A DNA stretch of 64,000 nt. It comes from the human T2T-CHM13v2.0 reference genome, Homo sapiens. The translations under genes were made by a program, and so were the position numbers. The stretch is from assembly GCF_009914755.1 (NCBI RefSeq), contig NC_060947.1. One strand, written 5' to 3'. Shown in pieces: positions 37,300 to 58,059 of the stretch; the first letter of the stretch is position 1, and each line of letters opens with the position of its first letter. Below the pieces are notes generated by a model. The model had not been told where the DNA came from. It saw only the letters and a program-made list of their open reading frames with translations, and did no database searches.

Positions 37300-38010
37300 C
37301 CATTCTACTGCCTGCGGGTCAAGAGCGCCATCCCCAGAGAGCAAAGACCGCCCGAAACTGCAATTCCTTTGCTGAAGTTAGGAGCCGCCCGGGGCTCTGT
37401 GGGGCCTGCGAGGTGGCTCGAGGGACTTTGCAGAAGCGCGCAGGAACCAGCCCCCGACCTGGGGCGCTCGGCCGCGGGGCTGATCTCCGTACTCTCCCGC
37501 CAGTGGGGTGGGAGCGCGTCCTTCTCTCGAGTTCGGGGACGGCCTGAGAAGCAGCGGGGGCTGGTGGCCTTTTTCTCGCTACCCCCTTTCTAGGCTCGCG
37601 CGCCTTCCAAGCCCGGATCCTGGTGGGGCTGAGCGTGCCCACCCGCCCAGCAGTGCGCCCGGGCGCCTCTGCAGCGCCACCTGCACGCGGAACGCGGCGG
37701 CGGCGGCGGGAACTGTCGTCCAAGGAGGAGCAGCAGGAGGAGGAGATATCGGCTCCTCTGCCCCCAGCTTTCCTCGCTGGCACGCGGCCTCCCTTCGCCG
37801 CCTCAGCCCCAAGCGGCCTGACCAGCCCAGCCCCAAGCCTTGTCCCGCGCCCTGCCCGGCGCAGGCAGCCAGCGCCCCGAGCTTCCACTCCTGCTGCTGC
37901 GCTCTGAGCGGCCTCCTGCCCTGGGCGCCTCTTCTGGGGAAGCAGTGAAGTCACACTGGGCCGGATCCGCTGACTCATGAGAATGAGACTCTTCCCCGGT
38001 CCCCGGCACA
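37300..38010. promoter_or_regulatory. Second CpG island
   Basis: CpG-dense and GC-rich, with a (GCG)n run near 37694-37709. Not a recognisable repeat. Confidence 0.75.
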
Positions 38011-38034
38011 CCCTTTGAAACTTCCCCTCAATCC

Positions 38035-38042
38035 TTTCTTTT

Positions 38043-38076
<34 letters not shown>

Positions 38077-38328
38077 CGGAGTCTCGCTCTTTCGCTCAGG
38101 CTGCAGTGGCGCGATCTTGGCTCACTGTAACCTCCGCACCCCACCCCCGGGTTCAAGCGATTCTCCTGCCTCAGCCTCCGGAGTAGCTCGAATTACAGGC
38201 GCCCACCACCACGCCCAGCTAACTTTTGCATTTTTAGTAGAGACAGGGTTTCACCACGTTGGCCAGGCTGGTCGCGAACTCCTGACCTCAGGTGATCCGC
38301 CCGCCTCAGCCTCCCAAAGTGCTGGAAT
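38035..38328 (-). mobile_element. Alu, slightly 5'-truncated
   Basis: Antisense consensus ending at cccaaagtgctgg. Confidence 0.9.
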
Positions 38329-40059
38329 CCTTTCTTTCTGCTCCCGCCTCCCCTCTTCCTCCCGTCCCGACAGGCGAACTGGAGCGGCTCTGGGCTCCCC
38401 GGGAAGGATTCGGTGGGGCAGCTGGGAGGGCGGTGGCGCGTGGGAGTCCCCGTGGAGATCTCCGCGCCCCTGTTCCAACCTGGCCACCTGTGCTGTTCTA
38501 GGGGTGCACAGGGAATGCCCAGGAGGGAATTGCATGTTTGCAAGATTGGGCAAAGCTCTCACTAAGGTATCCTTTTGTAATTAGCCACTGCATTCAGGGA
38601 GTGCCTGCCCAAGGGAAGGGGTCTGGGGATCCCCTTCCCTCTTCAGAACCTTGGGACTGCCTGAGGAGTTCACCTGGAAGCTGGTGGCTCTTCTTTAGAA
38701 CCACCTGTTCCAATGAACAAGTGAGAACATGGGCTTGCTTCAGGCGGGATTTGGAACAGCTTCTGCCACTGAAGGGACAAGTGTGGAGTGTTCTGAGCCT
38801 TGAGCTGTTCTGGACCCCAGCAGCAAGTCGAGCCGATCATCTGAGAGGTCACTGGCCCTTTCTCCTGGAACTTGATAGTGGACCAGTTCAGGATAGGGTG
38901 GGGGTGACTTGGAGGCCCAGGAGTCCGGGTTTTCATACCACCCCCTTGTGACACTAATTTGAGGACAGTGGAAGGGATGAGAGGATTGGATTGTCTCATC
39001 ACCTCTCCACTGGGGTGGGAAACCAGAATCACACCCTGGTTGCTTAGAATATTAGTTTCAACAAGGTGCCTAAGGGCCTCAGGCCCAGGCCAGGGAAGGC
39101 TTCAAGCTAGAGGAGCCCTGCTGGCCTCTGAAACACCTAAAGCTCCCCTTTCCTTCCAGAGGGGCATAGTCCGTAAGCATCCTTTCCCACCTAGCAAATC
39201 ATGGTACTGGATTGGCATTGTTTGCCTGTATGCACTTTCCTTTTGTCTGTATGATAAGAGCCAAAGCTGGGTGTTGAAGTTTGCAAGCTTCCTGACTTGC
39301 TTGTCACTGCACTTCAGGGCACGGCTCTGCCAAGGCCATGGTCAATATGGAAATGGCCATGGACTAGGAGCAAGGGGGGGTGGGAGGTAGAAGGGCTGGT
39401 CTCAAGGCTTGGGCTTATATAGCATGAGGGAGCTTTTCTGAGCTCCTACCTTGGTATTAGGTTGAAAGCCTGGGTTATGATGGCTGTCCACACAGCAGCT
39501 CTGTAGGGCATGTTTGTTGGGGATTGGGAGCCTGTAGGAATGTATGTGCTAGGATCATGGCTGACAACAGTCCCACTGTCAAGCCTTCCTTGGGGGAAAT
39601 TCTGGATTTGAAGCCAAACTTTAGCTTAGGGGCTGAAGGATGACCTGTTTCATGGAACCCAGTTTCGAGGCTGTGAAACTCTCCATGGAGAGGAAATAAG
39701 ACAATGTACAATGTACAATTTCTAGGGGTCCCAGGTCCAAATGTAACTGGGTAGGTCAAAGAAAAATAAACTATAAACAAAAGCCATAAACTAAAAACAA
39801 AAACCAGCAAAACCTGTACATCTAGTAGAGCCAAAGGGACAGCAGAGGCATGGGGAGATGGCTGCCAAGGGCTTTGGGTTCCATTGGCAGCCTCTCTAGA
39901 CCTTAGAGGTAAACAGCAACTGAGAGATGGAGAGATGAAGAAAGTCCCATGCAAACACTGAAAGACTGTTGCAGACAAAGGAGGTCAGGGCTGAAGGTGA
40001 GAGATGACCTAGTCTGTTCTCTCATTTTACAGATGAGGAAGCAGAGAGCTCAGAAACTA

Positions 40060-40530
<471 letters not shown>

Positions 40531-40757
40531 AGGAAAACAAGAGGGGAAGACTGCAGAGATTCTGAGACGAGGAGGGAGAATGAAAGATCTGAGGAAGAGT
40601 GAAGAGGAAGATGTGTAATCTCTGGGTGAAAGGAATGTCAGCACCATCCTCTATGAAGCAGAGCACTCTCCATATTCTTTCCAAAGTGATGACAGAGAAG
40701 ACACAACCATAAAACGGGGGAACTATGATTTGGTAGGTGAAGGAAAAGCCTAGAATA

Positions 40758-40885
40758 GGCTGGGCACAGTGGCTCATGCCAGTAATCCCAGCACTATGGG
40801 AGGCTGAGGTGGGAGGATCGCTTGAACCCAGGAGTTTGGGAACAGCCTAGGCAACAAAGTGAGACCCCATCTCTATTTTTAAAAA
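40758..40885 (+). mobile_element. Free Alu monomer (FLAM-like)
   Basis: TSD gcctagaata. Confidence 0.85.
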
Positions 40886-41439
40886 TGCCTAGAATAGATA
40901 GAAGCAGAACAGTAAAGCAACTGGAGAAGCAATGAAGTTCCAATCGGAACTCACTTATCATACTCCCAGCAGTTAGGTGACACTGATAATCCCTGTTGAC
41001 TTGTCTGTGGCCACCACTCGGTTATAAAGCCATTGAAGGAAGACAGGGACAATATATTACTCATCTTCCTATCTCCAGAGCCTAGTACAGTACTATGGCA
41101 TACATTAGTTGCTCAGAAAATGTTAAAGAAATGAATACATTTATTTGTATATTATTTATAAATTCAATACCTATGCTAGATACTCCCTGAGAAGCATCTC
41201 TGTGTTGTACTGCAAATGCCAAGACATCCTAGGTGAGAACCTGCCTGGGAAGCCAGGTACCTCTGTCCCCCAACACAAGACACAACTCCTGGGCTTTCCC
41301 CAACCGAAACACAGACCTTGGAGGCTCCACCAGGACTAGGTAAGGTCTTCAGAAAGACACAGGACTAGGTGAAATTCACTGGGGTCTCTGCCTGATAGTG
41401 GTCCTCCAGAGGATATTTTGGCTATTTGTGTCCAAATTG

Positions 41440-42036
41440 TCAACCCCTTCTGGTCAAAGACCACCAGGAACACGGTCAAACAAGTTAGGTTTATTGCTCA
41501 CTGCAGCAAGAAAGAAGGCGCCCCATGGGGGAACTATGCCATGCTTCAGGAAGAGGGCGCTAGAAAAGACTTAGAGGATTCAGGTTGGGTCAGGGGATTT
41601 GGAGGAAGGTTTAAGGAAGTCAGGCTTTGTTCTGGACTGGATGCTGGTGATTCTGTGATTGGATTGGGTATCTTATCAACTCAATCTTATCCAAGAGGAA
41701 GGCAGACAAGAGCGAGGCTGAAGCCACAATTGGTAAGGAAGCAGCAGCTACTCAGAAAAACCAGGATGGGGGTGGGGGTTGTTCGGTCATTTTCAAGGTT
41801 CAGGCAATCTTCATGTTTTTGTCTGTGTTCACATGATTATGGAGCGGTCTTGTTTTTGTCTCAATCCACCATGGTCACAGAGTAGCCTTGTATAATGCTG
41901 ATGCCCTATGAATGTATGTTCAGCAGAACACCCAGATCTAGCTGTGAGTGCCAGGCCAGTTGGTAGCAACACCAAGTCCTGGCCGACAGTACCGGGCGAG
42001 CTTCCAGAGACGCCAGAGGCTGCTTTTCTTTCAGCA
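41440..42036 (-). mobile_element. Solo LTR, MER77/MER21-like (ERVL class)
   Basis: Minus strand begins tgctgaaagaaaagcagcctctgg...ctggcctggcactcacagctag...ctctgtgaccatg...gacaaaaacaagacc. AATAAA near its 3' end (~41491-41496). Confidence 0.6.
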
Positions 42037-43020
42037 AATGTTCATTTTGAGAGGATCTCTGGTTTCCATCGAGGGCTTGGCAGTCCAGTATCTAAATATT
42101 TAGACCCTCCCTGTCCTCTTTGACCTAGTCACACCCATACGTAGAACCAGCCAGGCAGGGGAACGTCATCACTGGCTTGGGCTGAGTGTATCTGTGTGTG
42201 GTTTTGTGTACGCGTGTCTGTGCCCGCCAGGAATTCCCTGATAAGATGGGAAAGAGACCAGAGGCAGTCTTACTTCACCTCTGGGCCCAGCAGAACTTCC
42301 CCTCTGCCCAGAAAGCAAGGCACTGGGAGCGAGTCCCAACAATCTCTAGGGCAGCAAGGGTGCCTGGCTTTAGGTGGAGTCAGGGAAGGACGTACAGAAG
42401 GGATATGGCAGCAGCCAAACTGGAGAGGAGCGGGAAAGGGAAGGGGCAGTGGGGGAAGGGAGGGGAGAGTTCCTTTGTATAAATGGGTCTCTTGAGAAGC
42501 TGCTGATTTTCCTTCAAGGAAGCAGCCTGCAGTAGGTCACTGTGGAGTCCCACCCCCAGCCCTTTCTGTTTAAAGCCTCTTGTCTCCAAAACAGGCCCTG
42601 TTGATTAGAACAACAACAAAAAAAATCACAAATGTTGACCTCATCCTTCACTAAGAGGCTTAATCTAACCCCTTTCCAATCAAACTTCCTTCCTTCCCTC
42701 AGTTCCACCTCTCCACCTTTAAAAACATTAGGACACCCCCTGCTGTGGTTTACAGGTAGCCAGGCAGAGGTTAGGACCATCACTAAGTGGTGCCAAGGAC
42801 CATCTGATACCGTTTATGAAATGGCCAAGGAAAGCGAGGTTGAAGTCAAATGGGTGGGCTCTAGATGACTGCTCTTTGGGCAAAGCCTGCCTCTTCTTCC
42901 CAGGGTGGGACTAGCCTTGCACCACACTGTGGTGTGGCCCAGCTTATCACAGACCAGCTATTGAGGGCCAAACCTCGACTGGCACTGCTTGTCTGTGGAG
43001 TCAGAAATCAGACCCTAGAG

Positions 43021-43502
<482 letters not shown>

Positions 43503-43841
43503 CTAGCATCATCCAGCCAATCAACCAAGGACTTGCTCAGCACTTCACCAGGGTGCAGCAATATGGTCCCCATCCTGAAAAGAAAACATGGGCTCTGCTC
43601 TGGGACAGGTGACAATTCCTTTAGAATGACTTAAAGAACAATTACACTCAAAGGTGCTAAGTGCAACTGGAGTTCAGAGAGAAATCATGCATGGGCACTA
43701 GTCCAACTGGTACCATGCCACCAAGGCAGGACTTGATGTAGGCCTTGAAAGATGAGTAGGATTTGGATAGATAAAGGGAGGAGGGATGGCGTTCCGGATG
43801 TGAAGAGCATGAACACAAGTTTAAAGGTGGCAATAAACCAG

Positions 43842-43869
<28 letters not shown>
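43842..43869 (+). repeat. (TG)n microsatellite
   Basis: Seen directly. Confidence 0.95.
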
Positions 43870-43873
<4 letters not shown>

Positions 43874-44489
43874 CCATATTAAAAGTCAGGCGGAAAGTCA
43901 GCCAAACAGAGTGGGCTTAGTACTACAGGAGACTTTGAACTTGATGTGGTTGGTGACAGGGAATCACTGTACATTTTTAAACAGGGAGGGGACATGGACC
44001 AAGTGGTGGCTTTAGGAAGTGGTCTAATAGCAGTGGTTGACTCAGGATGGCTGCTGTGGCTGATCTCTCCATTCTTGGCATGGCCACAGTACTTTTTGTG
44101 TCCTTCTGTGGACGTAGCTCATTGTATTGGAGTTCTGCATCCACATGTCTGCATTCCTCACGGACACCAGGAGGTCCTTAAAAGCAGTGGCTATGTTTTA
44201 TCTATGTTTCTATTCTGACATCTACCTGGCTCACAGGAGGCACCCAATGAACACTGATTAGATGAATAGATCATTTAATTTCAATCCACTGAACTACAAT
44301 GACATACTATACAAGGATAACTACTGTCAAAGAATTTGACAAAACTGTATACAACACTAAAGCAAGACAAATCACAATTTGATCTTTTCTTAATGATTTG
44401 TGGAACACTAGGATCTTAGTCTTACCCCCATCTCTGTAAGCAGCAATTACTGCTGTATAATAATTTCGATGTCACAGGATACTAGATGA

Positions 44490-45395
<906 letters not shown>

Positions 45396-46166
45396 TTTGA
45401 TTTTTAAAAGTTAAGCAATCTAAAATGCCAAACAATGAGTTGACTTGTGAAACTTTGAATCGTATTCCCAGGAAATAATCTGTAAAGTGAGGTATGCCCA
45501 TAAGCGTATTTCAGAGAAAAGGAGCTTAAGAGAGGACAGATGTCTGGCATGAGGACAGCAGGCAGAAGAGTCAAGAGATGATGGTCCTTCCATGAGTCCG
45601 TCTCCAGGTTTAACTGTGAAGCACCAGGTCTCTGAACTCAGATTTGTAGTAAGTGCCCTTTCTGTCCCCTGCAGGACCCAATCCAGTTCTGGGACAGGAG
45701 TTGTTCCAGGTAAACAAAGTCTATTCCATACATTTATTTGTTCACTCATTCGACAATGATCTATGAAGCACTTACTATGAAGCAGACCCTGTGCTAAGCT
45801 CTGGAGATAAAACCATGAGCAAGGCCTTAACATCAGGGCTTCTGCTTCCAGGAAGTCATGGGCTAGCAGGGAGACACATACACAAGGATGAGGCTTGGAA
45901 GGCTGGGAAAGTCTTCAGAGATAGTGAACTTCCTGAGAGGAGAGGAGGGGAGTCAAGTGTTGTGGGCCGAGGCCACAGCAGGTGTGTGCAAAGAGGTCTG
46001 GAGGGGTGAGGGAAGTTCGGAAATGAAAGGAGTTTTGCGTCTGGAGTAGGGCATGAATACATGGCTGAGAAAAATCCTGTGCTTGGTCGGTGCTGCAATT
46101 TGCTTGCTTTCTAATATGCGTGGCTTTCCACCTTCACCCACCTGCCCCCTTGACAAGAGAACAGAA

Positions 46167-46361
46167 TTTAATTTAGAAGAATCAGAATTTATTTCACTAT
46201 GTGAACATTAAGAATTTACCTACATAGTTGAAAATATTCACAAAGGACTTGATCATTCACACTCATACACAGAGAAAGTCTGCTGAATAAAAAAATGCTC
46301 CTTTACCCATTCGACCTCCTCTCAGGGGCTGCAGTGGGTTTGCCAATTCCACTGTGGGGCT
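46167..46361 (-). terminator. AIFM1: AIFM1 3' UTR (~195 nt) with polyadenylation signal
   Basis: AATAAA on the minus strand at 46193-46188 and ATTAAA at 46172-46167. The cleavage site is approximate. Confidence 0.85.
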
Positions 46362-46466
<105 letters not shown>

Positions 46467-46753
46467 TTACTCCATTGCGTTCAGGCCATGCCCACACAAT
46501 GGGGCTACCTGGGGCAGTCCCCATATCACACTGGGAGGGAGTTGTGGGAACAGTTCTCTACTAACCCCAAACAAGCAGCCTGCCAACTCCCAGGTCACCC
46601 AGCCAAGTCCCAAGTGAAAAAGAATGTTCCTGAGCCAAGGCTATACCTTTGTTCTGCTCAGGCACAATTTGACCTGGCCGGGGGACAATGCATCTCAGGG
46701 CACCCGATGAAGTTACAGGAATGTTTCTAAGCCGTACTTCCCATCTTCCTCTA

Positions 46754-47011
<258 letters not shown>

Positions 47012-47319
47012 TCAAAACTTCAGTTATTATGAGCTTGGGAAATTCTAGAAGCCAACAGTCTTTCGAGGCCTGCTTCAAGCTACTTCTAGAGGATTTATTT
47101 CTCTATGCCCCCTCAGTAAACCCTGGCCTTCACCAGCCCCTCTCCAGTGACAAAGCCAAGGAAAGGTCTTCCTTGCCAGCTCCTGGGCACAGGGTCAGTC
47201 TGACCCTAAACTTCCCTCCCTTATTATCTCATTTTAAATTCATGCTATGAATATTTCCTGGTATCTGGATTTCTTCAAACTGCAGAAGGCTGGTTCTTGT
47301 CCTCTAAGAAATAATTCTA

Positions 47320-47527
47320 GAGCTGCATGGTCCAAATACAGTAGCCACTAGCCACAGCCATGTAAATGAACATCATTTCAAACTGAGTAAGATGTAAAAT
47401 TCAGTTCCTTATCTGTACTCACCATGTTTCATGAGCTCAAAAGCCACATGTGGCTGGTGGCTAACGTACTGGACAGAGCAGAGATGGAACATTTCCATCG
47501 CAGCAGAAAGTTCTATTGGACAGTGCT
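47320..47527. mobile_element. MER3-like hAT-Charlie DNA transposon in AIFM1 intron 14
   Basis: aaaattcagttcct...agccacatgtggctggtggcta...aacatttccatc...gcagaaagttctattggacagtgct. Confidence 0.75.
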
Positions 47528-48420
47528 ATTAGACAGGTACTTTAGACAAAGCAGAAGGCACTTCCATTTGGAAAAACCATAGTGGAGGCATTTCTTCCTA
47601 GAGAAAGAGGGGAAGGGAAGGGTGGCATAGGAAGGGGGCACCTTGCTGAGAACCACCAGCCTCCAAATAATACTGTCCAGTCGACAAAGCAGTGACATGA
47701 ATCCACTTACTAGGTTACTAGGAGAGATCAGAATTAAGGAATATGGAATACATTAGAATTACACAGGAAAAGGACCTACATATCCATATAATGTCTTGCT
47801 TTCTCCTTCTTAAACAGCACCTTGCCCTTGAGACACCTCTGGCAAAAGGATGCAGAAGTTAAATAACTTGAGCTAAGGTCAAGGAATAAGGTCTCGGAGT
47901 TAATGAAAGAGACATGTGTGGGAGAGAAGTCCATTCCAAGAGAGGTGCCTCCCATCTAAAGAAAACCTGGCACTAAGATCTGCCAAATGGAATGGGAGGC
48001 AGCTAAATAACTACTCAGCCCAGTTCCTCCCTGCGCAGGACCCATGGAGGATAGCCAGTCTTAAGCTAAGCCTATCAGGCCGTGTTCTTGAGATTCGCCT
48101 GAAGCAAAATAATAAAAATGACAACTGAAAGAAAGAAAAATAAAAACGCAATCTAAAAAGTTCAGGTTTTCTTGTTTTCTTCCTTAGAAAGGTCTTCCCA
48201 GAGACACACAAAACAGCAGTGTCATTGAGCTAGCCACTGTCCACTGTCTAGGACAGATACCCACAATATTTGAATCTATGCTTTGACCAGGATACCTGAT
48301 TTTGCCAAATCTCAGACCACTAAAGAGTGAGGACTTGGGGTTTGGTTTCTTTTAAAGCACAACATGAAGAGAGGCTTTCACTGACAAGCCCCTCTGGCCA
48401 ATACAGAAACCCCTTGTTCA

Positions 48421-48630
<210 letters not shown>

Positions 48631-48682
48631 TCAAGGGACTGTAAGGAATGACACGGTAGCACATATTCTCCATGACACTGCA

Positions 48683-49881
<1,199 letters not shown>

Positions 49882-50116
49882 TAAAATAATTTTTTTCTCT
49901 TTTAATGTTTTACAAAAGGATCAGTTTGGTGAAAAACTAAACAGGACACTTCTGCCAGATGGCTACCTGAGGGTAGAATGTGTGGACATAAGATGGACTT
50001 TTTTCCCTTCTGTATGAAGCTAACTGGCTCATAATAAAACCAAACCATAACTCTGTGTTATGGTCCTAGAGATACTGAGTTGTAATCAGTTGGGTCTCCA
50101 AGGCACACCACTATTA

Positions 50117-50368
<252 letters not shown>

Positions 50369-50434
50369 TCATGTTTTCCATCTACAGGCCAGAGTTGTAC
50401 TTAAACTAACAAAAACAGCTGATAACCCATTTAA

Positions 50435-52191
<1,757 letters not shown>

Positions 52192-52823
52192 CACGTATTA
52201 CTTTTATAACAGGTTAAAAAGATCCAGTACATCTTTTTTTTTTTAAAAAAAAAAAAAAAAAACAAGGTTTGGAGGGGGAAAAAAATTCCTCCAAGGTACC
52301 TACGTCCTTAGTTGCAGAGTCCATAAACAAACACAATACACTTGTAACTAGCAATGGGGAAATTACCTCATGGTTCCTACATACTATAGTCTTGTTTATG
52401 TCATAATAGATTGTAAAAAACAGCTAAAAATAGTACTCAAGGAAAATGAAAACAGAGTAATTTTCCTTTCTAGGGAACAGGTTATAACATTGCTTCATCC
52501 TCCATCCTCCGGATTCAAGTTTGAGCAAAGGGAACAGCAGATCCATCTGAAGGCTTATGTGCATGCCCACCAGGGGTTATGCCAGTAGCTGCTGCCAATA
52601 AGTAGAACCGGAAGAGCTCTACCCCTGCAGGCATGCACACTGTTCATTTCATCTGCCACTAGCTTGCAGATGAGGCCATACCTGGTCTTCTGAATCAAGC
52701 AGTTCACACATTTCTATTCTGTACCCTCAGCCTCCAAACACTCTGACCCTATTTGGTTAGGCTGTTGATGAGCTTTAGCACACCACCGGGCAGACTTGTT
52801 CACAGGCTAGGGAGAATGAATTA

Positions 52824-53012
<189 letters not shown>

Positions 53013-53448
53013 TCAGTCAATTACCACAGTTTCCATTTATGCCTACAGGCGTAACAATGGCCCTTCATGCCATTAAGAATTGGGACTTTAAAAAATCATG
53101 GGTTAACTTACCTCTGATAAATGGATTTTAAGTTCTATTTCATAAGCCTCCACCACCCCATCCCATGCACATCCCCCATGTCATTCGAACAGAAATCTGC
53201 CACCCTAGCCAGGACTCAAAACTCTGTGAGACAGATAGAATGGGGCTAAGGGAAAGTGGTTCACAGGAGCCTACTCTGGCTCTCATCATTCTGTTTTAAT
53301 GGAGGGATGGTTAATTCGGAAAATTATATCAGGTTAATGGCAACTGCCAGGAAAACTAATCTACTGGTGTCAAATGAAGGAGTAAAAATGAGGCAAGGGG
53401 AGTGGAGAACTGGAAGGCCTCTTGGCAGACTATCTTTTCCTTCCTTAC

Positions 53449-53537
53449 CTTCCTGCCGTCTTTCAGCTTGATAAGTAACTTGCCACTGCTGACTCCAACG
53501 GATTGCACAATAGCATTGGGCATCACCTTAACCCCCT
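53449..53537 (-). CDS. AIFM1: AIFM1 exon 11 (89 nt)
   Basis: cag|AG GGG GTT...AGG AAG|gtaagg. Encodes [30 protein letters not shown]. Confidence 0.97.
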
Positions 53538-53812
53538 CTGTAAAGGCAAACAAGACCTGAGAGTGAGCCTACAAGGCTATCACTTTCATGGGAAGTAGGA
53601 AAGCTGACCAGCGGTCTCCTCCACGGTAAAACCAATTATCAGTACACAGGCAGTTTTGGAGAGCTGCAAGAACCTACACCCATGGTTCATTTTCAGCACT
53701 TCCAGGAATTTGGGGCATCTGATTCAGAACACCTAGATGAACTTAGCTGACTGGAGAATGGTGGAAACATTTTACAGGCCAGGTGATAGGGCTTATGTCA
53801 AGGGGGTTCCTA

Positions 53813-54013
<201 letters not shown>

Positions 54014-54128
54014 TTACAGCAGGAAGCAAAAGTCAATCCTAGGAATACAGGAAGAGAAGTAAAGGAGCAGCAGGCAGCCCTCACTACAGACAGGGCAGAG
54101 CTGCAATCCAGGCCGAGCGCCCACTTAC

Positions 54129-54331
54129 AGGACAGTGGGCATGAGGGCCTCGGTGCTCAAGTTCATTTGTAACGCAAATACAACAGGTATCAGAACTGCT
54201 GGCCCCAGATTAAGCTTCAGATGGTGAACTCTGTGCACTTCCACCCATGCAGTCACCTAAGGCTTACATAAGTGCTTTGCAACCTCTGAATAGGAAGCAT
54301 CCTCCTGAAAAGATGCCCTGATTTCATATAT
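54129..54331 (-). CDS. AIFM1: AIFM1 alternative exon 9b (203 nt cassette with in-frame stop; AIFsh2-type truncated isoform)
   Basis: Acceptor ttctttttcag| and donor |gtaagt (54128-54123). Splicing to exon 9 gives G|AT ATA TGA = ...GRK-D-I-stop (TGA 54326-54324), the C-terminus I recall for AIFsh2. Confidence 0.8.
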
Positions 54332-54586
54332 CTGAAAAAGAACATTAAGAAAACTAGTTGCCATGAAACATTCCAACTGGAGCTCACAGATCTCTCAAGC
54401 TGGGAACCATCATGTGCCCAAAGAAGTTTTTGGCATTTTACAGGAAGCAGCAGTTCAAAGACACCCATAATTCTGTAGTCTGCATTGCCCTTATCATCTT
54501 CATAACTCACTTTCCTTAATATTTTATTTCTAAGGAGTCCTGGCATAGAGGGTAGAGGAAAAGAAAGGAAAGAAAGTATTGCTGTT

Positions 54587-55297
<711 letters not shown>

Positions 55298-55398
55298 TTA
55301 AACTCTTCCTACTGATCCTGCCAAACACATCTCTGGGATTCACAGAAAAGCTATATAAGACTAGAGAAAGAAAATCAAGGTCACTCCTCAATACTCAC

Positions 55399-55507
55399 CC
55401 TTTCTGCCAAGAGCACAGGCCAGTTCGCTACCAAGGAAGCCCCCACCGATAATCGTAATTGATTTGACTTCCCGTGAAATCTTCTCCAAGCTTCTAAAGT
55501 CTCCAAT
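55399..55507 (-). CDS. AIFM1: AIFM1 exon 9 (109 nt), NADH-binding Rossmann GGGFLGSE motif
   Basis: cag|ATT GGA...AAG G|gtgagt. Encodes [36 protein letters not shown]. Confidence 0.97.
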
Positions 55508-55690
55508 CTGCAGGATCACATCAGTTTAGTCCATTAATTTCCAAAAGGGGCATAGGATAATAATACTAGAAAGTAGTTTCTTCTAAATCTTTGGCAAAAG
55601 TAAATTTTCTCCTTGTATAAAGTGACTCAATTATAACTTCTATGTTATTAATGCAAATTTATTTCTTCATGGTAAAATTCCTTCTATAAA

Positions 55691-55910
55691 CAGTGGTTCT
55701 CAATTGGTGGCAGTTTTGTCCCTATCTTCCCCAGGAGGACATCTGGCAATATCTGAAGACATTTTTGGTTGTCAGGGCAAGTAGGTGCTCCCAGCATTTA
55801 GTGTGCAGAGGCCAGGATGCTGCTAACATACTACAATGGCATAAGACAGCCCCCACTACAATTATCCAGCTCAAAATGCCAATACTGCAGAGGCTGACAA
55901 GCCTTGTTCT
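55691..55910 (+). mobile_element. MER20 DNA transposon
   Basis: cagtggttctcaa...ggacatctggcaatatctgaagacatttttggttgtca...gaggccaggatgctgcta. Confidence 0.8.
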
Positions 55911-55911
55911 A

Positions 55912-56190
<279 letters not shown>

Positions 56191-56600
56191 TTATAAGCAC
56201 AGTGTTAAGAAGCAGAACACCTCCTTGCTTTTTATTTAGGTACTCTTAACTTTTTTCTCAGAAGTCTCTACACAGCACTTGCAATGAAAAATGCCAAGAG
56301 GCTGTAAGGGGTTCCAATGAATCAAACACATCAGGAAAAAACAACTATGGAAGAGCAATCAGAAGGATCTATTGCAAGCAATACAAACACTCCATTTTTT
56401 CCCTAGGAGCTTAAAACCCTTGAGTGAGGTATCTGAGGTGCAGAGAGAGGAAGTGACTTGTTCAAGGCCAGATAACAAGTCTGGAGAAGAGCCATAAATA
56501 GAACTTGGATCTCCCAAGTCCCGGGTGGGCACTTGGGGACTGCAAGATTATACTACTTCTTCAAAAACAACACAAGGAAAACACTAAAGCAGACAATTAC

Positions 56601-56677
56601 CTTTCTGAAAAGCGTTGTTCTACTCTTCACCTCTGCTCCAGCCCTATCAATGGCAGACAGACTTCTTGGAGTACCTC
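56601..56677 (-). CDS. AIFM1: AIFM1 exon 8 (77 nt)
   Basis: cag|GA GGT ACT...AGA AAG|gtaatt. Encodes [25 protein letters not shown]; phase is continuous with exon 7. Confidence 0.97.
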
Positions 56678-57126
56678 CTGGAAATAAGAGAAGGAAAACC
56701 CTTTAGCCCAACAAGCAGGAGCCAGCCCAAACAATACTCCCTCCACCACACAAAGGTGGAGCCCTCTTCACTTAGCACCATGGCGGCAACAACAGGATAG
56801 GATACCAAGGCTTTGTTTGCCTTCAGCTTGCCTCACAGCAGGCTTTCTGTCAGTTTCCTTTGAGAAGCAGATTTGAGAGTCTGTCTTCAAGGGGTACACC
56901 CTGCCCCTAGGTGGCCAAAAGGCCTTACTTTTGGCTTCCATGTTCTCTTCTAGTTTCTCATGAGGATTTGCCAGCTAGCATAGCTACATGGGTTTGATAA
57001 ATTGCTTCTGTCTCCTCTCTTGGTTTCTGATTGCAACTGGCAATGAAGCCACAAACGACATCACTTTCAAGGCACAGGGCACAGGGTGAGGGTTAAGCAG
57101 GGAGAGAAAAAAGGGCAACTTCTTCA

Positions 57127-57432
<306 letters not shown>

Positions 57433-57475
57433 TCACACACATACACAAAAGAGGTAGAGATGAATTAGCATTGAA

Positions 57476-58059
<584 letters not shown>

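Noticed and set aside
37319-38011. 230-aa minus-strand ORF and overlapping ORFs in the second CpG island
   Set aside because: Same GC artefact; no recognisable protein.
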